A stretch of 64,000 bases of DNA from Thermoanaerobaculia bacterium. GTDB lineage: Bacteria; Acidobacteriota; Thermoanaerobaculia; Multivoradales; Multivoraceae. How positions within the stretch are numbered: the first letter of the stretch is position 1; the number at the start of each line of letters is the position of its first letter. Below, in pieces: positions 19,577 through 29,540 of this stretch. Below the pieces are notes generated by a model. That model worked only from the letters and a program-made list of their open reading frames with translations, was not told the DNA's origin and made no database searches. The stretch spans positions 10,082 through 74,081 of the forward strand of contig JAJEBV010000035.1 in assembly GCA_022822365.1 (NCBI GenBank). Direction: 5' to 3'. Position numbers and translations under genes: made by a program.

Positions 19577-20905
19577 CTACTCCCCGCCGGCGCCTTGCAC
19601 CGTCGCGAGGCCGAGCTCCAGCTTGATCGGGTCGACCGGCTCAATCGGCGCCCAGGCAACGAAGCCAAGCATCATCTCGTCGGTCGTCGCCGTACCGGTG
19701 ATCACGTTGTCCGCCGGGTCGAAACCGCGCTCCTCGCCGCGTTCCGGCGTGTTCTCGAACCACATCGAGACCTCGACGCGGGTTCCCGCGGGGATCGTCT
19801 TCGGCTTCTTGTACTGGTACGTCGTCTGCCACTCCTGGTCGTAGTTCGGCACGTCGAGCAGGACCTCGGTCGTGCCGTCCGGGTAGAACGCGTCGTAGCG
19901 CACCGCGACCGACCGCAGGTGGGCGTGGGGCCACAGAGCCAGGATGTCCGTCTCGACCGGGAACACCCGCGCCGCGCCGACCTTCCAGCGCTCGTGGCCG
20001 GGCGGGATCTCGAAGGTCAGGTTGCCGATCGAGTCGAACTTGACCTCGCGCAGTTCGCTCTCCGGCGCGTCTGCGAAGACGAAGCCGATCTCGGAGCGGT
20101 CATGGAAGCCGCTGCCCTCGCCGGCCTCCTTGTTGTAGTGCATGGAGAACTCGATCGTCGAACCGGGCTCGATCTTCATCGCGTAGCCGGGCTCCATCAG
20201 GTGGCTCTCGGCGCCGAGCGCGATGCAGCCGAGCGAGCTGTCGCTGAACTTGCCGAGCGCCGTCGCGCCGCCCGGGGGCCGGATGCTCGCGCACATGTGG
20301 TGAACGTCGCTGCCGCCGACCTTGAACTCGACGCCGCGCACCCAAACCGGCTCGGGAAGCATCTCTTCCGTGAGCTCGGCCTCGAAGTTGATGTTGATGT
20401 CGGCGATGTCGTCGGCGACCCAGTACTCCTCGGGCATCTGCACGACCAGGTCGGGCCGGCCGAGCGACCAGCCGCCGGAGCCTTCCTCGACGAACGTCTT
20501 CGGTGGCGGAGCGTCCGCCGCCTCGCCGGCCGGCGCGCCGCCGCGGGCCCAAGCCATGACCGTCTCGATCTCGTCGTCCGTCATCACTCGCTCGTGGTGG
20601 AACTGGCCGCGGGTCGCCTCCGTTGCGAACCACGGCGGCATCGAGCGGTTCTCGACCGCCCGCGCGATGGACCGCGCCCACGGTCTCGTCTGCTGGTACG
20701 TCATCAGCGGCATCGGCGCGATCATGCCGCCGATGTTCTCCCTCTCGCCCTCCGGGCGGTGGCAGGTCTGACAGTTCTCCTGGAGCACCGGCAGCACGTC
20801 GGCGTAGAACGTGGGCGTCTCCGCGGCGGCGGCGCGAGCGACGCCCGGGAAGATGACGGCACCGGCAACGACAAGGAGCGCGGCGCCAGCAGTTTCGGTC
20901 TTCAT
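19577..20905 (-). CDS. Secreted fusion of a c-type cytochrome (CxxCH) with a copper type II ascorbate-dependent monooxygenase (PHM/DBH)-like domain
   Basis: CQTCH haem-binding motif. HHM (CuH-like), HAH and a downstream Met (CuM-like). Signal peptide. Confidence 0.55.
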   Translation of the reverse strand: MKTETAGAALLVVAGAVIFPGVARAAAAETPTFYADVLPVLQENCQTCHRPEGERENIGGMIAPMPLMTYQQTRPWARSIARAVENRSMPPWFATEATRGQFHHERVMTDDEIETVMAWARGGAPAGEAADAPPPKTFVEEGSGGWSLGRPDLVVQMPEEYWVADDIADININFEAELTEEMLPEPVWVRGVEFKVGGSDVHHMCASIRPPGGATALGKFSDSSLGCIALGAESHLMEPGYAMKIEPGSTIEFSMHYNKEAGEGSGFHDRSEIGFVFADAPESELREVKFDSIGNLTFEIPPGHERWKVGAARVFPVETDILALWPHAHLRSVAVRYDAFYPDGTTEVLLDVPNYDQEWQTTYQYKKPKTIPAGTRVEVSMWFENTPERGEERGFDPADNVITGTATTDEMMLGFVAWAPIEPVDPIKLELGLATVQGAGGE

Positions 20906-21230
20906 CTGTCTGATTCTCCGAAGTTGTGCGATCCGCGGCGCCCGCCACCGGCGTGCCTCGAAATCGCTCTTCCGATCCCCGATCAGCGTCCGGACACCCT
21001 ATCGGATCCCGTCTGAACGGCGCCGATCAGCGCGCCGTCACGATGGCCGCCACGGTCCTCGAGTCTGAACGGGATCTGACGATTCCGGGAACCCGGCCCC
21101 GACCCGTTGTCCTCGAGCGAGGTGGGCCCTACAGTCCGCGGTCCGTCCTGACGGTCGCTCACCGCCTCCCGGCCCCACCAGGCAGCCGCAGTCCCGTGGA
21201 CGGTGCCCCACCCTACCGGCGCCTCCCGCA

Positions 21231-24200
21231 ATGACCCGACCTTCGAAACGAGCCGACAGCGCCTCCGGCTACCGCGACGGACGCCGGGGCGCCGCCCCGG
21301 TTCTCCTCGCGGTGCTCCTCCTGAGCGCGGCGGGTGTCGCCAGGGCGCAGGAGTCCGCCTCCTGCACCGCCACGTCCGCCGCCGTCAGGGAGACGAATCC
21401 CAAGGACGACGCGGCGGCCGAGGCGCTGGCCATGGACTGCGCCTTCCTGCTGGACATCAAGGGCACGCTGGAGGGCAACTCGCCAACCAAGCCGCTCAAC
21501 TGGGCGGCGAACCTCGACATGGCCGATTGGAACGGCATCTCGTTGACGTCCCGCGGCAACCGCGTCGGCGGCATCCTGCTCCCGTCCTGGGGACTGGACG
21601 GCGCAATGCCGACGAGCTTCGCCGCCCTAGGCGGGCTGACTTCGCTTCGGATCACGAGCAGCGGATTGGCCGGCGACGTCCCGGCTCTGCCCGCCAGCCT
21701 GCAACACCTCGACGTCAGCGAGAACGCGTTGGCCGGGACCATCCCCGACCTGAGCGCCCTGACCAGCCTCCGGCAAGTCAACCTCAGCGCCAACGAACTG
21801 ACCGGCGGCATCCCGGCCCTTCCCCCCAGCCTCGCCGCCCTGCGGCTGATCGACAACGATCTGTCCGGCGAGATCGGGGACTTGAGCTCCGTGACCAGCC
21901 TGCTGCACCTTCACCTGGACTACAACGGGTTCACCGGCGACATCCCGGACGCAACCGAGCTGCCCGAAAGGCTTCAGCAGCTCCAGATCAGTCGGAACAG
22001 GCTGAACGGGAACTCCTTTCCCGATCTGAGCGCGCTGACCAGCCTGGTCCACATCTGGCTAGGCGGCAACGAACTGAGCGGAACGCTGCCCGACGCCAGT
22101 TCGCTGCCGGCCGGCATCGAGCGCCTTCTGATCTACGACAACCGACTGACGGGGACCATCCCCGATCTGAGCCCGCTGATGTCGCTCGCCGACCTCTATC
22201 TGTGGGAAAACAAACTGAGCGGTCCGATTCCGCCCGCGAGCGCGCTCCCTCCGAACGTTCAGCGGCTCGCGCTCGGCGGCAACCATCTCGACCACGCAAT
22301 CCCCGACCTGAGCGGACTGACCGCCCTCGAGTGGTTCTACGCGTCCGGGAACGCCTTGACCGGCAACGTCCCGACCGCCACCGAGCTGCCAGCGGGCCTC
22401 GAGCGCCTCATCCTCGGCGGCAACGAACTGACGGGCGGGATTCCGGATCTCGGCACGCGCACTTCGCTCACGCACCTTGATTTGCACCTCAACGCACTGA
22501 CCGGTTCGATCCCGACCACCCTGCCGCCGAGTCTCCAGACCCTGCACCTTGCCGGCAACGACCTCGCCAACGCGATTCCCTCACAGCTTGGCGGTCTGAC
22601 CGCTCTGACGCAGCTCTCGCTCTGCGGCGCCAGACTGACGGGGACCCTGCCGCCGGCCCTGGAGACCAGGCGCCGTCTGGGAACGCTCGCTGTTTCCTCC
22701 TGCGCCGCAATCGCGGACGCTTCGGCGACGGAGGGCGCGGCCGTCGAGTTCACCGTCACGCACGACACCTTCCCCGTGCCGGGCGGCGCCGGGGCGGCGG
22801 ACCTCACCCTCTCGTACGAAACGGCTGACGGCACGGCGACGAGCGGGGACTACACGGGGACAGCCGAAGGCGCGGCGGGAACCGTGACGATCCGCGGCAA
22901 CACGAACACGGAGACAACCACCAGTACGGCGACGATATCCATCGCCACGACGGAGGACGCTGCCATCGAGAGCGACGAAGAGTTCACCGTCACCGTGGCT
23001 CTCCCGAAGGGGACGGAAAGCGTGTTCCTCACACGGGCCGAGGCGACCGGCACGATCGAGGACGACGCGCGCGCGGACGTGACGGTCGACCTCGGCCTCC
23101 CGTCGGCCGGCGCGGTGACGGAGGGCGGCACGCTGACGATCAGCGCGACGGTGAGTCAGGCGCCGTCGGGAACGAGCCTGAGCATCCCCCTCCAGCGGGT
23201 GACGGGAGCTGTCTCGACCGCGACCGCCGCGGACTACTCGCTGGCCGCGGCGATCACGATCGCCGACGGGATGACGACCGGCACGGCCACCCTGACCGCG
23301 GCAGACGACACCGCGGACGAGCCGGTCGAGACTCTCCGTCTCGAGCTCGGGACGCTGCCCGCAGCCCACGCGCGCGGTCCGACGCCTGATGTGGATATCG
23401 CGATAAGCGACAACGACCCGACGACCGTGACGCTGACCACGCCGGACGCCGCCGCCCGGGAGGGCGACGCGTCGGACACCGCCACGATCCGCCTGACGCT
23501 CGGCCGCGGCCTCGTCTTCGGCGAGAGTCTGGCGATTCCGCTCCAGTTCGACGGCGGCGACGCAGGCACGGACTTCACATTGGCCCAGGCCGGCTCGCGA
23601 ACAGGCGTCGCGTTCGATGCGACGAACAGCACGGCGACCTTCACCGGTCCGAGCGCCAGAACAGCGGATCTCGTACTGACTCCGGCATCCGACCCCGATG
23701 CCGAGGACCTTGCGGTGACCGTGTCCATGCCGGCGACTTCGACCGGCGCCGCGCCGAAGCTCACCGCGAGGAACCTCGACGGCGGCGCCGCGGGCAGTCT
23801 TTCGGGACACGGCCTGATCACGATCACCGACGACGAAACGAAGAGGCTCCTCCTCTCCGTGACGAGATTGATGACCGTGGTCGAGGAGAGCAACGCGAGC
23901 TACACGGTGAAGCTTGCTTCCCGGCCGACCAGCGACGTCACGGTAACCGCTGACGGCCACGAGCGCACCGCCCTGATGCTCGACAAGGCGACCCTGATCT
24001 TCTCGGCATCCGCCTGGAATGCGGCGCAGACCGTCACCGTTACGGCCACTCCCGACCCGGACACCGCGAACGAAACCGTCACACTGACGCACGCAGCCAG
24101 CGGCGGCGGCTACAACGGCGTTTCGGAGACCGTGACGATCGTCGTGACGGACAACGACGAGACGGAGCCGCCGCCACCGCCGGCGCCCGAACCACCACCG

Positions 24201-24893
24201 CCGGCGCCGGAACCACCAACGCCAAAGCCCGAACCGCCACCACCGACGCCGGAACCGCCGGAGGCGAGCTTCAGCGTTGCCGGCGCCGCGTGCGCGGACG
24301 ACCTCTGCACGGCCCTCACCGGCGTGCCCGTAACCTTCGAGGACACGAGCACCGGCGCCGTCACGGAACGCGCATGGCATACCGGTGACAACGGCGTCTT
24401 CGACGACTCGACTCTTGCCCACGCCTGGACGGAACCCGGCTTCTACCGGCTAACGCTGACGGTCAGCGGCCCCGGCGGATCGGACGATACTCACGCCGAC
24501 TTCCTGGTCCGGCCGGGCGATCCCGCGGGAACCTGCGATCCCGACGACTTCACCCTCTGCCTCCAGGACGAGCGCTACCGGGTCGAGGTGGACTGGTGGA
24601 CGGCGGGCGGCGAAACCGGACGGGGCGCCGTCGTCCGCGAGGGCACGAACGACTCCGGCATCTTCCGGTTCTTCGACGACGCGAACTGGGAGGTTCTCGT
24701 GAAGGTCCTGGACGCCTGCGAGGTGGATGGCCGCCACTGGTTGTTCGCGGCCGCCACCACGGACGTGGGCTACGAGATCGCCGTGACCGACACGGCGGGC
24801 ACGGGCCCTCCGCGGGTGTACCGGAACGAACCCGGCATGCCGGCCGCGGCCACTACCGATACGAGCGCCTTTCCGAACGCCTGCGAACATTGA
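21231..24893 (+). CDS. Giant secreted protein: plant-type LRRNT and about sixteen 24-residue LRRs, Calx-beta-like repeats, a Pro-rich linker, a PKD domain and a conserved four-cysteine C-terminal domain
   Basis: 1220 aa with a signal peptide. LRR consensus LxxLxxLxLxxNxLxGxIPDLSxL. PPPPAPEPPPPAPEPP linker. PKD motif (VTFEDTSTG...WHTGDNG). Confidence 0.8.
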   Translation: MTRPSKRADSASGYRDGRRGAAPVLLAVLLLSAAGVARAQESASCTATSAAVRETNPKDDAAAEALAMDCAFLLDIKGTLEGNSPTKPLNWAANLDMADWNGISLTSRGNRVGGILLPSWGLDGAMPTSFAALGGLTSLRITSSGLAGDVPALPASLQHLDVSENALAGTIPDLSALTSLRQVNLSANELTGGIPALPPSLAALRLIDNDLSGEIGDLSSVTSLLHLHLDYNGFTGDIPDATELPERLQQLQISRNRLNGNSFPDLSALTSLVHIWLGGNELSGTLPDASSLPAGIERLLIYDNRLTGTIPDLSPLMSLADLYLWENKLSGPIPPASALPPNVQRLALGGNHLDHAIPDLSGLTALEWFYASGNALTGNVPTATELPAGLERLILGGNELTGGIPDLGTRTSLTHLDLHLNALTGSIPTTLPPSLQTLHLAGNDLANAIPSQLGGLTALTQLSLCGARLTGTLPPALETRRRLGTLAVSSCAAIADASATEGAAVEFTVTHDTFPVPGGAGAADLTLSYETADGTATSGDYTGTAEGAAGTVTIRGNTNTETTTSTATISIATTEDAAIESDEEFTVTVALPKGTESVFLTRAEATGTIEDDARADVTVDLGLPSAGAVTEGGTLTISATVSQAPSGTSLSIPLQRVTGAVSTATAADYSLAAAITIADGMTTGTATLTAADDTADEPVETLRLELGTLPAAHARGPTPDVDIAISDNDPTTVTLTTPDAAAREGDASDTATIRLTLGRGLVFGESLAIPLQFDGGDAGTDFTLAQAGSRTGVAFDATNSTATFTGPSARTADLVLTPASDPDAEDLAVTVSMPATSTGAAPKLTARNLDGGAAGSLSGHGLITITDDETKRLLLSVTRLMTVVEESNASYTVKLASRPTSDVTVTADGHERTALMLDKATLIFSASAWNAAQTVTVTATPDPDTANETVTLTHAASGGGYNGVSETVTIVVTDNDETEPPPPPAPEPPPPAPEPPTPKPEPPPPTPEPPEASFSVAGAACADDLCTALTGVPVTFEDTSTGAVTERAWHTGDNGVFDDSTLAHAWTEPGFYRLTLTVSGPGGSDDTHADFLVRPGDPAGTCDPDDFTLCLQDERYRVEVDWWTAGGETGRGAVVREGTNDSGIFRFFDDANWEVLVKVLDACEVDGRHWLFAAATTDVGYEIAVTDTAGTGPPRVYRNEPGMPAAATTDTSAFPNACEH

Positions 24894-25029
24894 AGAGGCG
24901 GCGCGGGCGCCAACGCGCTCGCCGCGCGGACCCGAGTTCCGATAAGGTCGGAGAGTCACCTCTGGTGGCGGCAGCCCCTTGGACAGGAGTCGGGGAGATG
25001 ACAACCCGGATGTAGCGACAGTCAGTCTG

Positions 25030-28000
25030 ATGGTTCGTCGGGCAACCCGGCTGTTGCCCGCGCCACTTGCGGCCCTGTTCCTGTTCGGCGTGGGGTCGCG
25101 TCTTCACGCCCAGACGACCTGCACGACAACCGACACGGCGGTCGCGGCCATAGGCGCGAGCGACCCCGCCGCGCTGGCCGGCGACTGCACGATCCTGCTC
25201 GGCGCGAAGGCGGGCTGGGGAGGCAGCTCGACCACGCTGAACTGGGCAAGCACCCTGAGCATGTCCTCGTGGGACGGAGTCGCCGTGAGGGACAGCCGCG
25301 TCGTCCGTCTCGATTTTCGCTTCAAGAGTCTCTCCGGGAGCATCCCCGATCTGAGCGGCCTCGCCAACCTCGAGCGTCTGGATCTGAGCTGGAACGGCCT
25401 GACCGGGAACATCCCGGCCACACTGGGTTCCCTCACCAAACTCACGGCTCTCGTTCTGCACGGCAACCAGTTGACCGGAAGCATCCCCGACCTGAGCGGA
25501 CTCGCCAACCTCGAGACCCTGGACCTGGGCTCTAACGGCCTGACCGGGAACATCCCGGCCACACTGGGTTCCCTCACCAAACTCAAGTGGCTCTCTCTGA
25601 CCACCAACCAGTTGGACGGGAGCGCCCCCGCCCTTGGCGCCCTCGTCAACCTCGAGGACCTCATTCTCTCCAAGAACCAGCTCTCCGGGAGTATCCCCGA
25701 CCTCAGCAGTCTCGCCAGTCTCGAACAGCTCGATCTCGCCGGCAACCGGCTGACGGGGTCGATCCCCGCCACGCTCGGTTCACTTGCCAACCTGGAGCAA
25801 CTGACTCTCTGGAACAACCAACTGTCGGGAAGCATCCCCGACCTGAGCGGACTCTCCAACCTGGTCAGCCTCCATCTCCACCAGAACCGTCTGACCGGGA
25901 GCATCCCGGCTTCGTTGGGGTCGCTCGCCGAACTCCTGAACCTGCAACTCCACAAGAACCAGTTGACGGGGAGCATCCCCAAGGAGCTGGGCTCTCTCGC
26001 CAAGCTCCGGCAGCTCTTCCTCAACGAAAACAGGCTGACGGGCAACATCCCCGCGGAACTGGGTTCTCTCGTCAACGTGACCAACCTTCAGTTGCACAAG
26101 AACCAACTGACGGGGCCGATCCCCGACCTGAGCGCCCTCACGAGTCTCTGGCTGCTCTCGCTCGAGGACAACCAACTGACGGGGCGGATCCCCGACCTCG
26201 ACGACCTTGCAAGCCTCGCGTATCTCTCGCTCGAAGACAACCAACTGACGGGAACGATCCCCGCTCTTCCCGCCAGCGTCCAGTCCTTGAGCCTTCAACG
26301 CAACCAGGTCTCCGGGAGCATCCCCGACCTGAGCGCCCTCACGGGCCTCCACACGCTGTACCTCCATCAGAACGAGCTGACGGGGACGATCCCCGCAACG
26401 CTGGGCGACCTGACCAGCCTCGGGCAACTGCATCTCGCCGCGAACAGGCTGACCGGGGGCATCCCCGGCGACCTGGGCAAACTGACCAGCCTCTGGGGTC
26501 TCTCTCTGTGCGGCAACGATCTCGATGCCGCGGCGACCCTGCCGACGGCGCTGCAAGCCCGCCGGACGGCGTCGGAACTGGACGTCTGGCCATGCGTCTG
26601 GATCGACGACGCGACGGCTGTAGAAGGGCAGCCCCTCGCGTTCACCGTGACGTACTCGACCCAACCGGTGCGGGGAGCGACCGGCGCCGCCAGTCTGAGA
26701 CTGACCTGGTGGACGATCGACGGCACCGCAAAGACCCCCGGCGACTACACGAGAAGGTCGGGCCTGATCACGATTCCCGGCAACACGGACAGTTCGACCT
26801 ACCTCAGCACTGCGACGGTCAGCGTGCCGACCGTCGTCGACGCCGTCGCCGAAGGCGCGGAGACCTTCATCGTCCGGATCAACAGCAGTGCCGCGGTCTT
26901 CGTAGACCCCGACGCCGCGACGGGCACCATTACCGAGCCGATCCCCGATCCGACCGTCGATATCTCCGTCAACAACGGCGGCTCGCTGACCGAAGGCGGG
27001 ACGGTGACGATCACGGCGACGGTCAGCCGGGCGCCTTCCGGCTCGAGCCTTGCCGTCCCCTTGCAGCGGGTCGCGGGCCACTCCGCCGCTGCAACCACGG
27101 ACTACTCCCTGTCCGGCTCGCCGGCGGGCACGATCACCGTGGCCGACGGCGCGACAACCGGCACGCTCACCCTGACGGCGGCGAGCGATTCCATCGACGA
27201 AACCGACGAGACGCTCCGCCTGACGCTCGGCGCGGTAGCCGGCTACGACCACGGCTCGAACTCCCACGTGGACGTCACGATCACGGACAACACGGCGACC
27301 TCCGTGACCCTGTCCCTGCCGGACGCCGCCGCCGAAGAAGGCAACGCGGCAAACACCGCCACCATCCGGCTGACCCTGGGCCGCGGCCTGGTGGACGGCG
27401 AGGTCCTGGCCGTACCGTTGCAGTTCACGGGCGGCGCGGCTGGCACGGACTTCACGCTGGCGCTCTCCGGGGCGCCGTCCGGCGTCACCTTCGACGCGAG
27501 CAGCAGCACGGTCACCTTCACCGGACCGCAGACGGGCGCCGCCGCCACCGCGGCGGACATCACCCTGACCCCCGCCGACGACGACGACGCGGAAGACCGA
27601 ACCGTCACCGTGTCCATCCCCGCGACCTCCACCGGCGCCGGGACGATCCTCACCGCCACCAATCTCGACGGCGGCGCCACGGGCAGCCGCACCGGCAACG
27701 GCCAGATCGCGATTGCCGACGACGACAGGAAGGCGCTCGTTCTCCTCCCGACGACGTCGGTAACCGTGGTCGAGGAAGCCACGGAGACCTACACTGTGAA
27801 CCTCGCCACGCGGCCCAGGGGCGACGTGACCGTCGCCATCACCGGCTATGGACAGACGGACTTGACGCTCGACAAGGCGAGCCTGACCTTCCGGGCCACG
27901 ACCTGGAACGTGCCGCAGACCGTCACCGTGACCGCCAACCCGGACACGAACACGGCGAACGAGTCCATCCCGCTGACGCATACCGCCAGTGGCGGCGGCT

Positions 28001-29454
28001 ACGCCTCCATCGCCGGCACGCTGACGGTCAACGTGACGGACAACGACACGGCCGGTCTTGTCATCTCGACCATGGTCCCGGTGGACGAAGGACGCAGTGC
28101 AACCTACACGGTCAAGCTCGCCACCGAACCGAGCGCCACCGTCACGGTTGTCGTCTCCGGCTTCGAGAACTCCGACCTGACCCTCGACGAGACGGCCCTC
28201 ACCTTCACGACCGCCAACTGGAACGAAGAGCAGACGGTGACGGTCACCGCCGACGAGGACACCGATCTCGCGGACGATACGGTCGACCTCGACCATGTGG
28301 CCGATGGCGGGGACTACGCGGGCGTGACGCGATCCATCACCGTCAACATCAAGGACGACGACGAAGCGGTCGCCACCTTCGAACTGGCGGGCGCGAGCAT
28401 CGACGAGGCGGGCGGCAGCCGAAACGTCATGGTCCGCCTGGACCCGACGCCGATCAAGTCCACCATGCTGAGCTACACCCTGTCCGGCGCACCCGTCCAC
28501 GGCGACGACTACACGGTCAGCGGCGCCAACGGCAACTCGGGGACGGCATCGGTTCCCGCGGGCGCGGCCAGCGTCGACATCACCGTAGAGATCATGGACG
28601 ACGCGGTGGTCGAAGACGCCGAGACCATCGTCCTGACCCTGGCCGACGGGCCGGGTTACACGCCGGGCACTCCGCGAGTCCATCGCCTGATCATCATGGA
28701 CAACGACGAGGCGGAACCGCCGCCACCACCACCGCCGCCACCCGAGCCACCGCCGACCGTGGAGCCGCCACCTCCAACGCCAACCCCGCCGTCCGGGCCG
28801 GTCGGGCCGGCCGGGCCGCTCGTGGCGAGCTTCGCCATCTCCGGCGCCGAGTGCACGGAAGACCTCTGCACGACCTTTACCGGCGCCCCGGTCACCTTCA
28901 CGGACACGAGCACCGGCGCCGTGGCCGAGCGCAAGTGGGACACCGGCGACGGAGAGACGTCACGCAGGCCGATCCTCAACCACTCCTGGGCCGAGCCCGG
29001 CTTCTACAGGGTGGCGCTCACCGTCCGCGGCGACGGCGAGGAAGACCAGGCCGAAGCCGACTTCCTGGTCCGGCCCAGCCAGCCGGACGGGACCTGCGCT
29101 CCCGACCCGTGGACACTCTGTCTCCTGAACGAGCGCTACCGCGTGCAAGTCGACTGGCGGACACGGAGCGGCGACACCGGCCGAGGCTTCGCCCTGTACC
29201 AGGGAACCAACGATTCCGGGCTCTTCTGGTTCTTCGACCGGGACAACTGGGAGGTCCTCGTCAAGGTGCTGGACGGCTGCGCCGTCGACGGCCGCCACTG
29301 GGTGTTCTCGGCGGCAACGACCGACGTCCGCTACGAGATGACGGTGACCGACACGCTTGGCGCGAGCCCCCCGAAGGTCTACATCAACGAACTCGACAGG
29401 CCCGCCGTCGCCCTCACCGATACGTCGGCTTTCCCCAACGGTTGCGAACGTTGA
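25030..29454 (+). CDS. Second giant secreted LRR / Calx-beta-like / PKD protein, paralogous to the upstream gene
   Basis: About 1475 aa from the ATG at 25030 (signal peptide). Same architecture and C-terminal domain as 21231-24893. Near-identical internal LRR DNA repeats. Confidence 0.8.
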   Translation: MVRRATRLLPAPLAALFLFGVGSRLHAQTTCTTTDTAVAAIGASDPAALAGDCTILLGAKAGWGGSSTTLNWASTLSMSSWDGVAVRDSRVVRLDFRFKSLSGSIPDLSGLANLERLDLSWNGLTGNIPATLGSLTKLTALVLHGNQLTGSIPDLSGLANLETLDLGSNGLTGNIPATLGSLTKLKWLSLTTNQLDGSAPALGALVNLEDLILSKNQLSGSIPDLSSLASLEQLDLAGNRLTGSIPATLGSLANLEQLTLWNNQLSGSIPDLSGLSNLVSLHLHQNRLTGSIPASLGSLAELLNLQLHKNQLTGSIPKELGSLAKLRQLFLNENRLTGNIPAELGSLVNVTNLQLHKNQLTGPIPDLSALTSLWLLSLEDNQLTGRIPDLDDLASLAYLSLEDNQLTGTIPALPASVQSLSLQRNQVSGSIPDLSALTGLHTLYLHQNELTGTIPATLGDLTSLGQLHLAANRLTGGIPGDLGKLTSLWGLSLCGNDLDAAATLPTALQARRTASELDVWPCVWIDDATAVEGQPLAFTVTYSTQPVRGATGAASLRLTWWTIDGTAKTPGDYTRRSGLITIPGNTDSSTYLSTATVSVPTVVDAVAEGAETFIVRINSSAAVFVDPDAATGTITEPIPDPTVDISVNNGGSLTEGGTVTITATVSRAPSGSSLAVPLQRVAGHSAAATTDYSLSGSPAGTITVADGATTGTLTLTAASDSIDETDETLRLTLGAVAGYDHGSNSHVDVTITDNTATSVTLSLPDAAAEEGNAANTATIRLTLGRGLVDGEVLAVPLQFTGGAAGTDFTLALSGAPSGVTFDASSSTVTFTGPQTGAAATAADITLTPADDDDAEDRTVTVSIPATSTGAGTILTATNLDGGATGSRTGNGQIAIADDDRKALVLLPTTSVTVVEEATETYTVNLATRPRGDVTVAITGYGQTDLTLDKASLTFRATTWNVPQTVTVTANPDTNTANESIPLTHTASGGGYASIAGTLTVNVTDNDTAGLVISTMVPVDEGRSATYTVKLATEPSATVTVVVSGFENSDLTLDETALTFTTANWNEEQTVTVTADEDTDLADDTVDLDHVADGGDYAGVTRSITVNIKDDDEAVATFELAGASIDEAGGSRNVMVRLDPTPIKSTMLSYTLSGAPVHGDDYTVSGANGNSGTASVPAGAASVDITVEIMDDAVVEDAETIVLTLADGPGYTPGTPRVHRLIIMDNDEAEPPPPPPPPPEPPPTVEPPPPTPTPPSGPVGPAGPLVASFAISGAECTEDLCTTFTGAPVTFTDTSTGAVAERKWDTGDGETSRRPILNHSWAEPGFYRVALTVRGDGEEDQAEADFLVRPSQPDGTCAPDPWTLCLLNERYRVQVDWRTRSGDTGRGFALYQGTNDSGLFWFFDRDNWEVLVKVLDGCAVDGRHWVFSAATTDVRYEMTVTDTLGASPPKVYINELDRPAVALTDTSAFPNGCER

Positions 29455-29540
29455 ACGGGTCCCGAACCCGGCGGCGACACCCACATACGTGAAGCGCCCT
29501 GTATACTGCCGTCTCTCGTCGGAGTCCACTTCTCCCCTCG

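Noticed and set aside
25330-26600. Possible CRISPR-like array suggested by regularly spaced near-identical repeats
   Set aside because: The repeats are in-frame 72- and 150-nt LRR-coding units inside a long ORF, with no unique spacers.
25587-29492. 1301-aa plus-strand ORF and the 967-aa minus ORF 25780-28683 overlapping the second giant LRR gene
   Set aside because: Arg/Gly/Pro-rich low-complexity translations typical of off-frame reading of high-GC coding sequence. The in-frame LRR/Calx-beta-like protein has coherent repeats and domains.
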